From Candidatus Freyarchaeum deiterrae (GTDB lineage Archaea; Asgardarchaeota; Jordiarchaeia; Jordiarchaeales; Jordiarchaeaceae): a DNA stretch of 64,000 bases. The stretch is from NCBI GenBank assembly GCA_037305845.1, contig CP147778.1, positions 896,001-960,000 on the forward strand, given 5' to 3'. This document shows, piece by piece, positions 8,013-18,153 of the stretch. The position numbers and the translations under genes are program-made. Below the pieces are notes generated by a model. That model did not search any database. It was not told the origin of the DNA and worked only from the letters and a program-made list of their open reading frames with translations. How positions within the stretch are numbered: the stretch's first letter is position 1; every line of letters begins with the position of its first letter.

Positions 8013-8834
8013 GTGAACGAATTGAACAATGATAAGAATTTTCAGACTGAGTTAGATGCAAAAAAACTTACCCGCGAAATGAGGAAAAAATTAATCGATG
8101 ATTATCTTAAAAGCTGTAAACGTTTAATTTTATTGGATTATGACGGCACTCTTATTCCATTTGCTTCAAAGCCTAAAGAGGCGAAGCCCGATATTGAGCT
8201 CATAAAATTGCTTAGAGTACTCACTCGAGAACCCAGAAACGAAGTGATAATTATAAGCGGACGAGGAAAAGGAACACTAGATATGTGGCTGGATAGATTT
8301 GATGTTGGGTTAACCGCGGAGCATGGGGCTTGGGTGAAGGATAAGGGATGTACGTGGGAGATTATTAAGCCTTTGAGAAACGATTGGAAGAAAGAATTAC
8401 GACCTATACTCGAATCATGCGCGGATAAAACACCTGGCTCTTTTGTCGAAGAAAAAGAGTTTTCCCTAGCTTGGCACTACCGAATGGCTGATACTGAGCT
8501 GAGTGCAACGAATGGAAGAGATTTAAAGGATGCTCTACTGAAACTAGTTGCAAGTCTTGACCTTGGGGTTTTAGAAGGAAATAAAATAATTGAGGTTAAA
8601 AACGCGGGTATAGATAAGGGGATTGCTGCGTCCCATTGGTTATCGAAGGAAAAATGGGACTTTATTCTTGCAATAGGTGATGATATGACGGACGAAGACA
8701 CTTTTGCAGCTCTCCCCGAGTCAGCATACACTATCAAAGTTGGCTCGGGATCATCAAAAGCTAGGTTCAATTTGAATTCCGCAATGGATGTAAGATCACT
8801 ACTAAAAGAGTTGTTGGGGCCACAGTACGCCTAG
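8013..8834 (+). CDS. otsB: Trehalose-6-phosphate phosphatase (HAD IIB)
   Basis: LLDYDGTL, IISGR, AEHGAW, EEKEFSLAWHYR, GNKIIEVK, IGDDMTDED. Confidence 0.9.
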   Translation: MNELNNDKNFQTELDAKKLTREMRKKLIDDYLKSCKRLILLDYDGTLIPFASKPKEAKPDIELIKLLRVLTREPRNEVIIISGRGKGTLDMWLDRFDVGLTAEHGAWVKDKGCTWEIIKPLRNDWKKELRPILESCADKTPGSFVEEKEFSLAWHYRMADTELSATNGRDLKDALLKLVASLDLGVLEGNKIIEVKNAGIDKGIAASHWLSKEKWDFILAIGDDMTDEDTFAALPESAYTIKVGSGSSKARFNLNSAMDVRSLLKELLGPQYA

Positions 8835-8853
8835 TTGAAGTATTACAGGAAAA

Positions 8854-9150
8854 TTATGAAAGGTAGGATCTCATTTCATCAATGTCAGGAAATATTTTAA
8901 AAAACATGTTTAAGCGAGTCTCCAACTCTTTCATTCCCTTTTTTGTTAGGGAGTAACTTTTATTTTCATCAATTGAAAGCAAGTCCGCGTCTTTTAGATT
9001 TTTTAGTACGGGATATATTGTGCCGGGACTTAGTTTTCTCCCCTTTCTTTTTTCTAGTTCTGAGGTTATTTCTACTCCAGTCATGTTTTTTTTACTGACC
9101 AGCCACAGTATGAGAAAAGTGAGAAAGCCCTTCATCTTTTGATGAGACAT
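8854..9150 (-). CDS. PadR-family transcriptional regulator
   Basis: KGFLTFLIL, SPGTIYPVLKNL, YSLTKKG. Confidence 0.9.
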   Translation of the reverse strand: MSHQKMKGFLTFLILWLVSKKNMTGVEITSELEKRKGRKLSPGTIYPVLKNLKDADLLSIDENKSYSLTKKGMKELETRLNMFFKIFPDIDEMRSYLS

Positions 9151-9466
9151 ATCTGAATATGACGGATGATTGATATTAAGATTTTCGGCTGCATAACTAA
9201 TATCGGTTTACCGACAGTCTTATATACCAATAAAATATTTTGAATATTGTATTTCTGATAGCCGAACCGCGCCATATTTGTTCTGATGAAAAATATATGT
9301 GCCATAAAATATTATGGCTGAGATTTCATCATGGCGGAGTAAAAGATAGGTAAACTAAAAGAATAGAAAGAAGATTTGGATAGTGAAAGCAAAGGCTTTC
9401 AGGAAACTATTTCAAAATTGAAGAAAGCCCAATTAAATTGAACCAACTTTTTATACCATCAAGTGG

Positions 9467-10009
9467 ATGATGCAGATGAGTAAACAAGATAAAATTTGGA
9501 TTAAGCGATCCTATGAGAATTGTAGTGGATGCAGAAGATGCGTGATTGCTTGTTCGCTTTATCATGAGGGAAAAATTTGGCCTGAAGCTTCAAGAATAAG
9601 GGTTTTCATGCTTGTACCGGGAGTTGAAATTCCCCATTTATGCTTCCAATGCGAGGGTTACCCATGTGTTAAAGAATGCCCAGAAGGGGCCCTATCCATA
9701 AGCAATCAAACTGGGGCGGTGAAAGTGGATGTTTCGAAGTGCACCGCATGCGGTCTGTGCATAAATGCTTGCCCAGGCAATGTTCCGCACCTCCATCCAG
9801 AAGGTAACCGTATTGTTATCTGCGATCTGTGTGATGGAGAGCCAGAATGCGTCAAAGCATGCCAAGAGGGTAAATGGAATACTTTAACGATTATTCCAAG
9901 AGAGAAAGGAGTCTCCCGTAAGGCTTTATCCAAAACACCTCAAGAACTCACCCACGAGGTTGCCAAACAAATTCTTGGAGAAGAAATTGCAAAGGAGGTT
10001 TTAGACTGA
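9467..10009 (+). CDS. 4x[4Fe-4S] dicluster subunit (WOR5-S/DmsB-like), copy 1
   Basis: CSGCRRC...C, CFQC...PCVKECP, CTACGLCINACP, ICDLC...CVKAC. Confidence 0.9.
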   Translation: MMQMSKQDKIWIKRSYENCSGCRRCVIACSLYHEGKIWPEASRIRVFMLVPGVEIPHLCFQCEGYPCVKECPEGALSISNQTGAVKVDVSKCTACGLCINACPGNVPHLHPEGNRIVICDLCDGEPECVKACQEGKWNTLTIIPREKGVSRKALSKTPQELTHEVAKQILGEEIAKEVLD

Positions 10010-11889
10010 TGAAAGGCTACGCTGGAAAATTCTTGGAAATAGATCTCACCAAGGGAAACATTGAGGAAATAAAGTTACCGGACGAGGTTCAAAGAGATTA
10101 TGTCGGAGGAAGAGGTTTAGCCACAAAGATATTATGGGATAGACTTGGCAAAAACTGGGAGACAGTAGATCCGTTAGGTCCGGATAATATTCTACTCGTG
10201 CTTACAGGACCTTTGACGGGATATTTCCCGGGAGCCAGGGTTTGTGTTTCAGGGAAGTCGCCTCAAAGCAATGGTGTAATAGGCTCGACGATTTCAGGTG
10301 AGTTTGGAGTAGACTTGAAATGCGCAGGTTACGACGGCCTAATAATAACGGGAAAGGCGGAAAATCCGTGTTACATATTCATATGCGACAACCAAGTCGA
10401 AATTAAAGACGCCTCACCTATCTGGGGTAAAAAGGCAAGGGAAACCGTACGTTATCTTGTCAAAGAATCAATTGAGCAAATTAAAAGTATTCGACCAAAC
10501 TATGGAGAAGTAGTTGACCCCTCAATTCTTTATATTGGCCCAGCTGGAGAGAACAAGACTAGGATTGCAGTTGTTGGCTCTAAGTATGCGCATGCTGCGG
10601 GCTACGGAGGATATGGTGGAGTAATGGGATCTAAAAACCTTAAGGCAATAGTCGCGAAGGGTTTTGGTCCACTACCTGACATTTATGATAAAGAAAAAAC
10701 GTTGAATTTAGCCCACGAATTTTCAGAAAAATGTTTTAAAAACGAATACTTTAGACGCTTCGGAACTGGTGGAGGAGGCTACACGTTTGGAGCCGGAACA
10801 AGCTCCGAGCCTGTCAGAAACTGGCAGAGTGAATGGCATGATGAAGCGAGTTATAAGGGAGAAGAATTCGACAAGTTATGGGTTAAGAAAAACTGGGGAG
10901 ACTTCGGTTGCCCGACTACATGCCTTAAGCTTGCGGTGTTGAAAACTGGAAAGTATAAGGGGGCAATATGTGACAATCCGGATTATGAGCTTGAGGCTTT
11001 TTGGGGACCAAACATTGGGATATTCACTCCAGAGGATAACATCTACTTAGCATATTCTATTGAGGAGCTTGGCTTTTGCGGAATTCAGGGCGGATCAGTC
11101 ATGGGATTCGCAGCAGAACTTTACGAGAAGGGAATACTAACGGAAGAAGATTTAGATGGAATAAAGCTTGAATGGGGGAACACCCAAGCCTTCGCAGCAC
11201 TAGCCGAAAAAATAGCTCTTAGACAGGGGATCGGCGACATCCTAGCCGAAGGAGTCTATAGAGCAGCCCTAAAGCTTGGAGAAATGAAAGGTGTTGATTT
11301 GCTCCAGTACGCCGTTCAAGAGAAAGGCATGTCCATAGGAGCACACGGACTTAGGAGCGGAAACGACTTCATTTCAAGTAACATTGCTTACGCGTGCTCA
11401 GTCCAAGCCGGAGATCACACATCGGGGACAGGTCTGCCACTTGATAGTAGTGACAGCGAGCTATTCACAATAATGCATGACTCGGCTGTTTACTGCTTCT
11501 TCGATGCAATGCAGCTTGAAGACACAGACATATTCAACTTTTACGAGACAGTAACAGGACAGAAACTAACAAAAGAGGAATGGTACCATGAAAAGGCACT
11601 AAGAATACTGCAGATGCAAAGAGCCGTGCTACTTTTAGGAGGACCAGACGCCAAGTGGAAACCCAAAATAGACGATGATAATCCGCCGAGGTTCTGGGAG
11701 CCACTACCCTCAGGACCCAGCAAGGGAAAAACATTGGATAGAGAAGAGTTTGAAGAAGCTAGGCTTGAATACTTTGATGCTGCTGGCTGGGACGAAAATG
11801 GAGTGCCTAAACCAGAAACGCTAAGAAAACTCGGCCTGAAAGATTTGGAAGCTAAGCTTAGGGAAGTAGACTTAATCAAGTCCAATTAA
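10009..11889 (+). CDS. Tungsten aldehyde:ferredoxin oxidoreductase family (WOR5-like), copy 1
   Basis: GGRGLA, GKSP, IGPAGEN, GGVMGSKNLKAI, DNPDYE, GDILAEG, GWDENGVP. Confidence 0.9.
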   Translation: MKGYAGKFLEIDLTKGNIEEIKLPDEVQRDYVGGRGLATKILWDRLGKNWETVDPLGPDNILLVLTGPLTGYFPGARVCVSGKSPQSNGVIGSTISGEFGVDLKCAGYDGLIITGKAENPCYIFICDNQVEIKDASPIWGKKARETVRYLVKESIEQIKSIRPNYGEVVDPSILYIGPAGENKTRIAVVGSKYAHAAGYGGYGGVMGSKNLKAIVAKGFGPLPDIYDKEKTLNLAHEFSEKCFKNEYFRRFGTGGGGYTFGAGTSSEPVRNWQSEWHDEASYKGEEFDKLWVKKNWGDFGCPTTCLKLAVLKTGKYKGAICDNPDYELEAFWGPNIGIFTPEDNIYLAYSIEELGFCGIQGGSVMGFAAELYEKGILTEEDLDGIKLEWGNTQAFAALAEKIALRQGIGDILAEGVYRAALKLGEMKGVDLLQYAVQEKGMSIGAHGLRSGNDFISSNIAYACSVQAGDHTSGTGLPLDSSDSELFTIMHDSAVYCFFDAMQLEDTDIFNFYETVTGQKLTKEEWYHEKALRILQMQRAVLLLGGPDAKWKPKIDDDNPPRFWEPLPSGPSKGKTLDREEFEEARLEYFDAAGWDENGVPKPETLRKLGLKDLEAKLREVDLIKSN

Positions 11890-11929
11890 ATCTAATCAAC
11901 TTTTTATAGCATGTAGTGGATGATGCAGT

Positions 11930-12463
11930 ATGAGTAAACAGGATAAAATTTGGATTAAGCGATCCTATGAGAATTGTAGCGGATGCAGAAGATGCGTGAT
12001 TGCTTGTTCACTTTATCATGAAGGAAAAATTTGGCCTGAAGCTTCAAGAATAAGGGTTTTCATGCTTGTTCCAGGAGTGGAAATTCCCCACTTATGCTTC
12101 CAATGCGAGGGTTACCCATGTGTTAAAGCGTGTCCAGAGGATGCTCTATCCGTAAATAATAAAACGGGAGCGGTGAAAGTGGATGTTTCGAAGTGCACCG
12201 CATGCGGAGATTGCATAACTGCTTGTCCGGGGAAAATTCCGCACCTCCATCCAGCAGAGAACCACATTGTCATCTGCGACTTATGTGATGGATCGCCAAA
12301 ATGCGTGGAAGCATGCCAAGAGGGCAAATGGAATACTTTAATGCTTATTACAAGAGAGAAGGGAGTATCCCGTAAAGCTTTATCCAAAACGCCCCAAGAA
12401 CTCACCCATGAGGTTGGTAAGCTAATTCTTGGAGAAGAAATTTTAAAGGAGGTCATAGATTGA
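11930..12463 (+). CDS. 4x[4Fe-4S] dicluster subunit, copy 2
   Basis: Near-identical to 9467..10009. Confidence 0.9.
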   Translation: MSKQDKIWIKRSYENCSGCRRCVIACSLYHEGKIWPEASRIRVFMLVPGVEIPHLCFQCEGYPCVKACPEDALSVNNKTGAVKVDVSKCTACGDCITACPGKIPHLHPAENHIVICDLCDGSPKCVEACQEGKWNTLMLITREKGVSRKALSKTPQELTHEVGKLILGEEILKEVID

Positions 12464-14337
12464 TTAAGGGCTATGCTGGAAAATTCTTAGAGGTAGATCT
12501 CACTAGCGGAAACATTGAAGAAACAAAGTTACCAGACGAGGTTCTAAAAGATTATATTGGCGGAAGAGGTTTAGCCACAAAGATATTGTGGGATAGACTT
12601 AGCAAAAACTGGGAGACAGTAGATCCATTAAGTCAAGATAATATTCTGCTCGTGCTTACAGGGCCTTTGACAGGATATTTCCCAGGAACCAAGGTTTGTG
12701 TTTCAGGAAAGGCTCCACACATGAACGGTGTAATAGGCTCTACGATTGCAGGCGAGTTTGGAGTAGACCTGAAATGCGCAGGTTATGACGGCCTAATAAT
12801 AACGGGAAAGGCGGAAAAGCCGAGCTACCTATTCATATGCGACAACCAAGTCGAAATTAAAGACGCTTCGCCTATCTGGGGTAAAAAGGCAAGGGAAACC
12901 GTACGTTTTCTGGTTAAAGAATCAATCGAGGAAGTTAAAGGTATTCGACCAAACTACGGAGAAGTAGTTGACCCCTCAATTCTTTATATTGGCCCCGCCG
13001 GAGAGAACAAGACTAGGATTGCAGCTGTCAGCTCTAAGTACGCGCATGCCGCGGGCTACGGAGGATATGGCGGAGTTATGGGAGCTAAAAACCTGAAGGC
13101 AATAGTCGCAAAGGGTTTTGGTCCACTACCTGACGTTTATGATAATGAGGGAATGTTGAAGTTAGTCCATGAATTTTCAGAAAAGAATTTTAAAAACGAA
13201 TTTTTTAGACGGTGGGGAACTGGGCAAGGATGCTGGATGTTTGGAAACATGACCAGTTCTGAGCCTATCAGAAACTGGCAGAGTGAATGGCATGATAACG
13301 AGAGTTATAAGGGAGAAGAATTCGACAAATTCTGGGTTAAGAAAAACTGGGGAGACTTCGGCTGTCCTGTTACATGCCTTAAGCTTGCGGTGTTGAAAAC
13401 TGGAAAGTATAAGGGGGCAATATGCGACAATCCGGATTATGAGCTTGAAGCTTTTTGGGGACCAAACATTGGGGTATTCACTCCAGAGTATAACATCTAT
13501 CTAGCATCCTATATTGAGGAGCTTGGTTTTTGCGGGATTCAGGGCGGATCAGTCATGGGATTCGCAGCGGAACTCTATGAGAAGGGAATACTAACGGAAG
13601 AAGATTTAGGTGGAATAAAGCTTGAATGGGGGAACGTTGAAGCCTTCGCAGCACTAGCCGAAAAAATAGCTCTTAGACAGGGGATTGGCAACATCCTAGC
13701 TGAAGGAGTCTATAGAGCAGCCCTAAAGCTTGGAGAAATGAAAGAGCTTGATTTACTCCAGTACGCCGTTCAAGAGAAAGGCATGTCCATAGGAGCACAC
13801 GGACTTAGGAGCGGAAAAGACTTCATTTCAAATACAATTGGTTATGCATGTTCGGTCCAAGCCGGAGACCACGGATCGGGGGCAAGTCTGCCGCTGGACA
13901 GTGGTCATAGCGAGCTATCCTTAATATGGCATGACTCCGCTGTTTACTGCCACTTCGATTCAATGCAACTTAAAGATAAAGAATTATTCAATTTTTACGA
14001 GACAGTAACAGGACGGAAACTAACAAGAGAAGAATGGTACAATGAGAAGGCACTAAGAATACTGCAACTGCAGAGAGCCGTGTTGCTTTTAGGAGGACCG
14101 GATGTAAAGTGGAAACCTAAAATGGATGACGATAATCCGCCGAGGTTCTGGGAGCCGCTACCCTCGGGACCCTATAAGGGAAAAACATTGGATAGAGAAA
14201 GGTTTGAAAAAGAGAGGGCTGAATACTTTAATGCTGTTGGCTGGGACGAAAACGGCGTGCCGAAACCAGAAACGCTGAGAAAACTCGGCCTGGAAGACTT
14301 GGAAGAGAAGCTTAGGGAAGAAGAGTTAATCCAGTAG
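12460..14337 (+). CDS. Tungsten aldehyde:ferredoxin oxidoreductase family (WOR5-like), copy 2
   Basis: Paralog of 10009..11889 with the same motifs. Confidence 0.9.
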   Translation: MIKGYAGKFLEVDLTSGNIEETKLPDEVLKDYIGGRGLATKILWDRLSKNWETVDPLSQDNILLVLTGPLTGYFPGTKVCVSGKAPHMNGVIGSTIAGEFGVDLKCAGYDGLIITGKAEKPSYLFICDNQVEIKDASPIWGKKARETVRFLVKESIEEVKGIRPNYGEVVDPSILYIGPAGENKTRIAAVSSKYAHAAGYGGYGGVMGAKNLKAIVAKGFGPLPDVYDNEGMLKLVHEFSEKNFKNEFFRRWGTGQGCWMFGNMTSSEPIRNWQSEWHDNESYKGEEFDKFWVKKNWGDFGCPVTCLKLAVLKTGKYKGAICDNPDYELEAFWGPNIGVFTPEYNIYLASYIEELGFCGIQGGSVMGFAAELYEKGILTEEDLGGIKLEWGNVEAFAALAEKIALRQGIGNILAEGVYRAALKLGEMKELDLLQYAVQEKGMSIGAHGLRSGKDFISNTIGYACSVQAGDHGSGASLPLDSGHSELSLIWHDSAVYCHFDSMQLKDKELFNFYETVTGRKLTREEWYNEKALRILQLQRAVLLLGGPDVKWKPKMDDDNPPRFWEPLPSGPYKGKTLDRERFEKERAEYFNAVGWDENGVPKPETLRKLGLEDLEEKLREEELIQ

Positions 14338-14428
14338 CTCGGCTTAGATTATAAAGTAAACATAATAGTGGTTCTGCAGAAGGATAAAACAGATCATCAA
14401 ATATGAGCATTTGCGTAGATATTCTAGA

Positions 14429-15385
14429 CTATTCATTCTCAGTATTGGAGTCCTTTATAGGATTTTTTAGAACCCCCAATTTTTCCAATGATGCTTCCAT
14501 AACGTCTCCCACTTTTAACAGTCGAGGTTCAGGTTTGGCGTATATTCCCACTCCTGAGGGAGTTCCTGTGGCGATGATGTCGCCTGGTTCAAGGGTCATG
14601 ACGTCGGATATGAATGATATTAGGTAGGGGATTTTGAAGAACATGTTTTTTGTAGAGCTGTCCTGCCTGATTTCTCCATTAACCTTCATTTGCATTTTTA
14701 GGTTTTGAGGATTGGATATCTGTTCCTTGAGCGTAAGGCAAGGACCCATGGGCGCGAATGTGTCGAAGCTTTTTCCGCGGAACCATTGGCCGTCGCCGAA
14801 CTGGATGTCTCTTGCGGATACATCGTTGAAAACAGAGTATCCGGCTACGTAATCGTAGGCTTTTTCCTCCGGGATTTCCCTTCCCTTCTTACCCATAACG
14901 ACTGCTAATTCAACCTCGTAATCTACCTTATCTGAGATTTTGGGATAGATTACTGGTTCCTCGTGTCCAATTATTGCAGTTGGCGGTTTTGAGAATAGGA
15001 TTGGTTTTTCCGGGGGTTTTAGTCCTCCCTCTTCTGCATGGTCAGAGTAGTTTAGCCCAAGGCAGATTATTTTTCTCGGATTTAGTACGGGAGCTTTTAT
15101 CTTAACTTGCCTGATATCGTTTACAATATCATCAAGTTTTTCGGGTTCACTCTTATACTGTTTTTTGATGAACTCAAAGATTTTCCTCGTAGCTTCTATT
15201 CCTGCTTCACCTGTATTTAGGAGTTCAATCATGTCACCGGGGATTTCGAATGCTAGATCCTTTTCCTCCGTTTTATACAGGTTGCAAGCGGAGACTAAAT
15301 CTATAATTTTGTTCTCTTGAAAGAGAACTCCAATCTTTAAAATTCCATTTTGAGAAAAGGTAACTAGTTTCATTCCTTTTTTCAA
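14429..15385 (-). CDS. Fumarylacetoacetate hydrolase family protein
   Basis: KIICLGLNY..H, DYEVEL, NDVSARD, GKSFDTFAPMGP, GDIIATGTPSGVG. Confidence 0.92.
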   Translation of the reverse strand: MKKGMKLVTFSQNGILKIGVLFQENKIIDLVSACNLYKTEEKDLAFEIPGDMIELLNTGEAGIEATRKIFEFIKKQYKSEPEKLDDIVNDIRQVKIKAPVLNPRKIICLGLNYSDHAEEGGLKPPEKPILFSKPPTAIIGHEEPVIYPKISDKVDYEVELAVVMGKKGREIPEEKAYDYVAGYSVFNDVSARDIQFGDGQWFRGKSFDTFAPMGPCLTLKEQISNPQNLKMQMKVNGEIRQDSSTKNMFFKIPYLISFISDVMTLEPGDIIATGTPSGVGIYAKPEPRLLKVGDVMEASLEKLGVLKNPIKDSNTENE

Positions 15386-15461
15386 CGCTCCTTTTCATAC
15401 TCTCTAATCGAAGATGAAAGAGGTGTTTTAAATAAGGTCTCTTTCTAGATTTGTTTTCTTT

Positions 15462-16451
15462 TTACACTTTTTTCAGTTTCTTTGCAGCGTTTACCGACCA
15501 TTTAGGGTCTTTTAGGAATGCTCTTCCAATGAAAACCATGTCCACCTTTTTTTCTTTAATTACCTTGTCTGCAAATTCGGGATCAGTTATGCCGCCCCCA
15601 CCGATTACGGTGGCTTTGCCAGCTTTCTTAATTGCCTCAGCTTGAGGTATGAAGAATCCTTCCCCACTGAGACTCTGAGGCGATGCGCCGCATATTCCAC
15701 CAGAAACATTTATCGAATTGATTCCTGCCCAAACCAGTTCCTTAGCGAACACTTCGCTGTCTTCGATGGTTGTGCCCTCTGGAGCGAGATCAACTGACCC
15801 CAGACGGTATTCAAGGGGGAAACCCTTTCCTACAATCTCTCTGATTCTTGTTACTATCTGTAAGGGGAATCTTATTCTGTTCTTGAGAGAGCCACCGTAG
15901 TTATCCTTTCTTTTGTTTGTGATAGGTGAAACAAATTGGTTCAAGAGAAATCCGTGAGCCCCATGAATTTCTATGAGGTCGAATCCTGCAGACAAGGCTC
16001 TCTCCGCAGCCTTACCAAACTTTTCCACGAGACTCTCGATCTGACTCTCGATCAACTCTCGTGGAGTTTCCTTCCCTCCGGGAATGGATGAGGGAGCTAT
16101 TGGAGGTTCTCCCACGATGCTAGAAGATGCTTTTCCTCCCGCATGGTTTATTTGAATACCTATTGCTGTGCCGTAGTCGTGTACCGCTTTGACGAGTTTC
16201 TTTAGTCCAGGGATGAGGGTATCGCTGTATATTCCCATCTGGCCCTTATTTAATCTACCAACAGGTTCAACATAATTGTGCTCCGTGATTATTATTCCGG
16301 TTTTTTCCGCCCGGTCGGCATAATGTTTGATTAAATTATCGGTTACCTCTCCTTTCTGTTCTCCAGCTAAACCCGTAGCCATGGGCGCCATTAATATTCT
16401 GTTTTTAATCTCCAAAGAATTGATTTTTATTAAATCGAACAATCCCACCAA
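15462..16451 (-). CDS. NADH:flavin oxidoreductase (Old Yellow Enzyme family)
   Basis: KNRILMAPM, QINHAG, EIHGAHGFLLNQF, RKDNYGGS, IGRAFL.DP. Confidence 0.9.
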   Translation of the reverse strand: MVGLFDLIKINSLEIKNRILMAPMATGLAGEQKGEVTDNLIKHYADRAEKTGIIITEHNYVEPVGRLNKGQMGIYSDTLIPGLKKLVKAVHDYGTAIGIQINHAGGKASSSIVGEPPIAPSSIPGGKETPRELIESQIESLVEKFGKAAERALSAGFDLIEIHGAHGFLLNQFVSPITNKRKDNYGGSLKNRIRFPLQIVTRIREIVGKGFPLEYRLGSVDLAPEGTTIEDSEVFAKELVWAGINSINVSGGICGASPQSLSGEGFFIPQAEAIKKAGKATVIGGGGITDPEFADKVIKEKKVDMVFIGRAFLKDPKWSVNAAKKLKKV

Positions 16452-16666
16452 TCAAATCACCTTCAGTATAAGAAGGGCACCTACCCGCTTCAAAAAAATT
16501 TCCCTCACTAAAGTTGGTTTAAGAAATTGGAAATGATAGTTTGGTAAGTCTCTGGATATCGTTTTTTCCTTTTTCGCCAGCTCAAATCCATTCTTTAACC
16601 AGAAATGCTTATAAATTTTAAATTTGAAAATATCTACTAAATATAAGATTAGAGGAGGAGGATAGA

Positions 16667-16984
16667 ATGGCAGCACGTCAATCAAAAGTCGCATTTACTA
16701 TGGATAATGCTAAAAAATGCATCTGCGGTAAATGCCCAGTTCAGGCCAATAGCAAGTGTGTAAAGAATTTGCAGGCAAAATTAATGGAAACATTGAAAAA
16801 TCCGAAGGCGACGCCCAAGCCTAAAGAGATGCCTGGGTTTTACTGTTCTGCCGGTAAAGCTTCGTGTAAAGACCTTGACACAAAGAAAGCTTGCATTTGT
16901 GCTACATGTCCTGTCTTTGCAGACTTCAAGTTAGCAAGTGGAAAACCAGTTGGTTATTACTGCAGAGATGGAAGATCCATGTAA
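16667..16984 (+). CDS. Cys-rich DUF2769-like protein
   Basis: C.C..CP, YCSAGKASC, CIC..CPV, YYC..G. Confidence 0.7.
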   Translation: MAARQSKVAFTMDNAKKCICGKCPVQANSKCVKNLQAKLMETLKNPKATPKPKEMPGFYCSAGKASCKDLDTKKACICATCPVFADFKLASGKPVGYYCRDGRSM

Positions 16985-17145
16985 TAACTATGCAGGAAAG
17001 TAAGTCAAGAGCAGTAATGCAGTAAAAATTTTTCTCCTAATTTTTCTTTTTTAATCTAGCCAAGTTCTCAACACTTAACCAAGCGGGAGTATTAATCAGC
17101 TTAATTGTTCTTTTCATTAGTGGTTTAAAAATATCTAGAAAATTT

Positions 17146-18024
17146 CTATAAGCGTCGTTGTTTTTCTTGGCGCAATGGTACTTTTCCCGATTTTTGTAGT
17201 GCTAGGTCGATTACCTCTAGTAATTCTTTCTTGTCTTGGGGTAGTGCCCCGCCTATAGGCAGGTAATTGGAGGCATGGTTGCTTCTAAAAACACAATTGG
17301 TGAGTTCAAGGTTTTCGACAAGTAGACGCATTTCTTGCAGAATTTCCTGTAAGTTTAATAACTGAAATTTTCCTTCCTGAACCTCTCTGTGTAAAGAAGT
17401 TCCGGGCACCACCATTAGTGTTAGTGCCCCAATGTACTGGGGATCAATGCGATTAAGCACTTTTGCAGTTTCTATCGCATTTTCTCTCCATCTCTCCTTG
17501 CCTCCCAAGCCTAAAATTATGGTTACTGAGAGCGTAATTCCTGCGTTAATTATTTTTTTGCAGCCTTCAATGGTTTGCTCAGCATTTACCCCTTTATGCA
17601 CCCTTTCCAGAATTACGTCGTCACCGGATTCTACACCGAGATAAGCTATTTTTAAACCTGCTTTGTAGAGCTCTCGGAGATCTTCCTCGGATTTTCTGAT
17701 TGCATCCGCAGCGCAAGCGTACACTCCTACTCTATCTAGGTGGGGGAACACGGCGTATAGCAGGCTTAGTAGTTCTATTAGGTCTTCGGTTTTCATGCAT
17801 AGGGCGTTGCCGTCTAGGAGAAACACTCTCCGAATTTCTTCTCCGTAGAGAGACCGAGCTTCAAGTATATCCTCTTCGATTTCTTCCAGGGGGCGTATGC
17901 CGAATTTTTTTATTAGGTTGGAACCGCAGAACGTGCAGGTGTTGTTGGCGCAGCCTATAGTTGCCTGTAAAAGTAGGCTTTGTCCTTCTGATGGCGGTCG
18001 GAAAACCGGTTCTTCGTAACGCAA
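17146..18024 (-). CDS. Radical SAM protein
   Basis: RPPSE, GCANNTCTFC (CxxxCxxC), YLGVESG, FRSNHASNY. Confidence 0.9.
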   Translation of the reverse strand: MRYEEPVFRPPSEGQSLLLQATIGCANNTCTFCGSNLIKKFGIRPLEEIEEDILEARSLYGEEIRRVFLLDGNALCMKTEDLIELLSLLYAVFPHLDRVGVYACAADAIRKSEEDLRELYKAGLKIAYLGVESGDDVILERVHKGVNAEQTIEGCKKIINAGITLSVTIILGLGGKERWRENAIETAKVLNRIDPQYIGALTLMVVPGTSLHREVQEGKFQLLNLQEILQEMRLLVENLELTNCVFRSNHASNYLPIGGALPQDKKELLEVIDLALQKSGKVPLRQEKQRRL

Positions 18025-18153
18025 TTATGCTCACCACAGGTTTAAGCTACTAAAGATTTAAATAATTTATATTTTTATCTAACGCTTCGGATAATTGTTC
18101 AAAACTACTAAAAACTCGAGCGTTGCGGCCTGTGTGAAGTTTATATTATTGTT

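Larger units (their letters stand above)
9429..14337 (+). repeat. Tandem duplication (2453-bp period) of ferredoxin subunit + WOR operon
   Basis: Unit starts CCAATTAAAT..AA.CAACTTTTTATA at 9429 and 11882; both genes near-identical over most of their length. Confidence 0.95.

Noticed and set aside
9156-9317. Palindromes TCGGT-TT-ACCGA (9203-9214) and CCATAA-AATA-TTATGG (9302-9317) as PadR operators
   Set aside because: Plausible but short, single-copy and in AT-rich DNA; not supportable.
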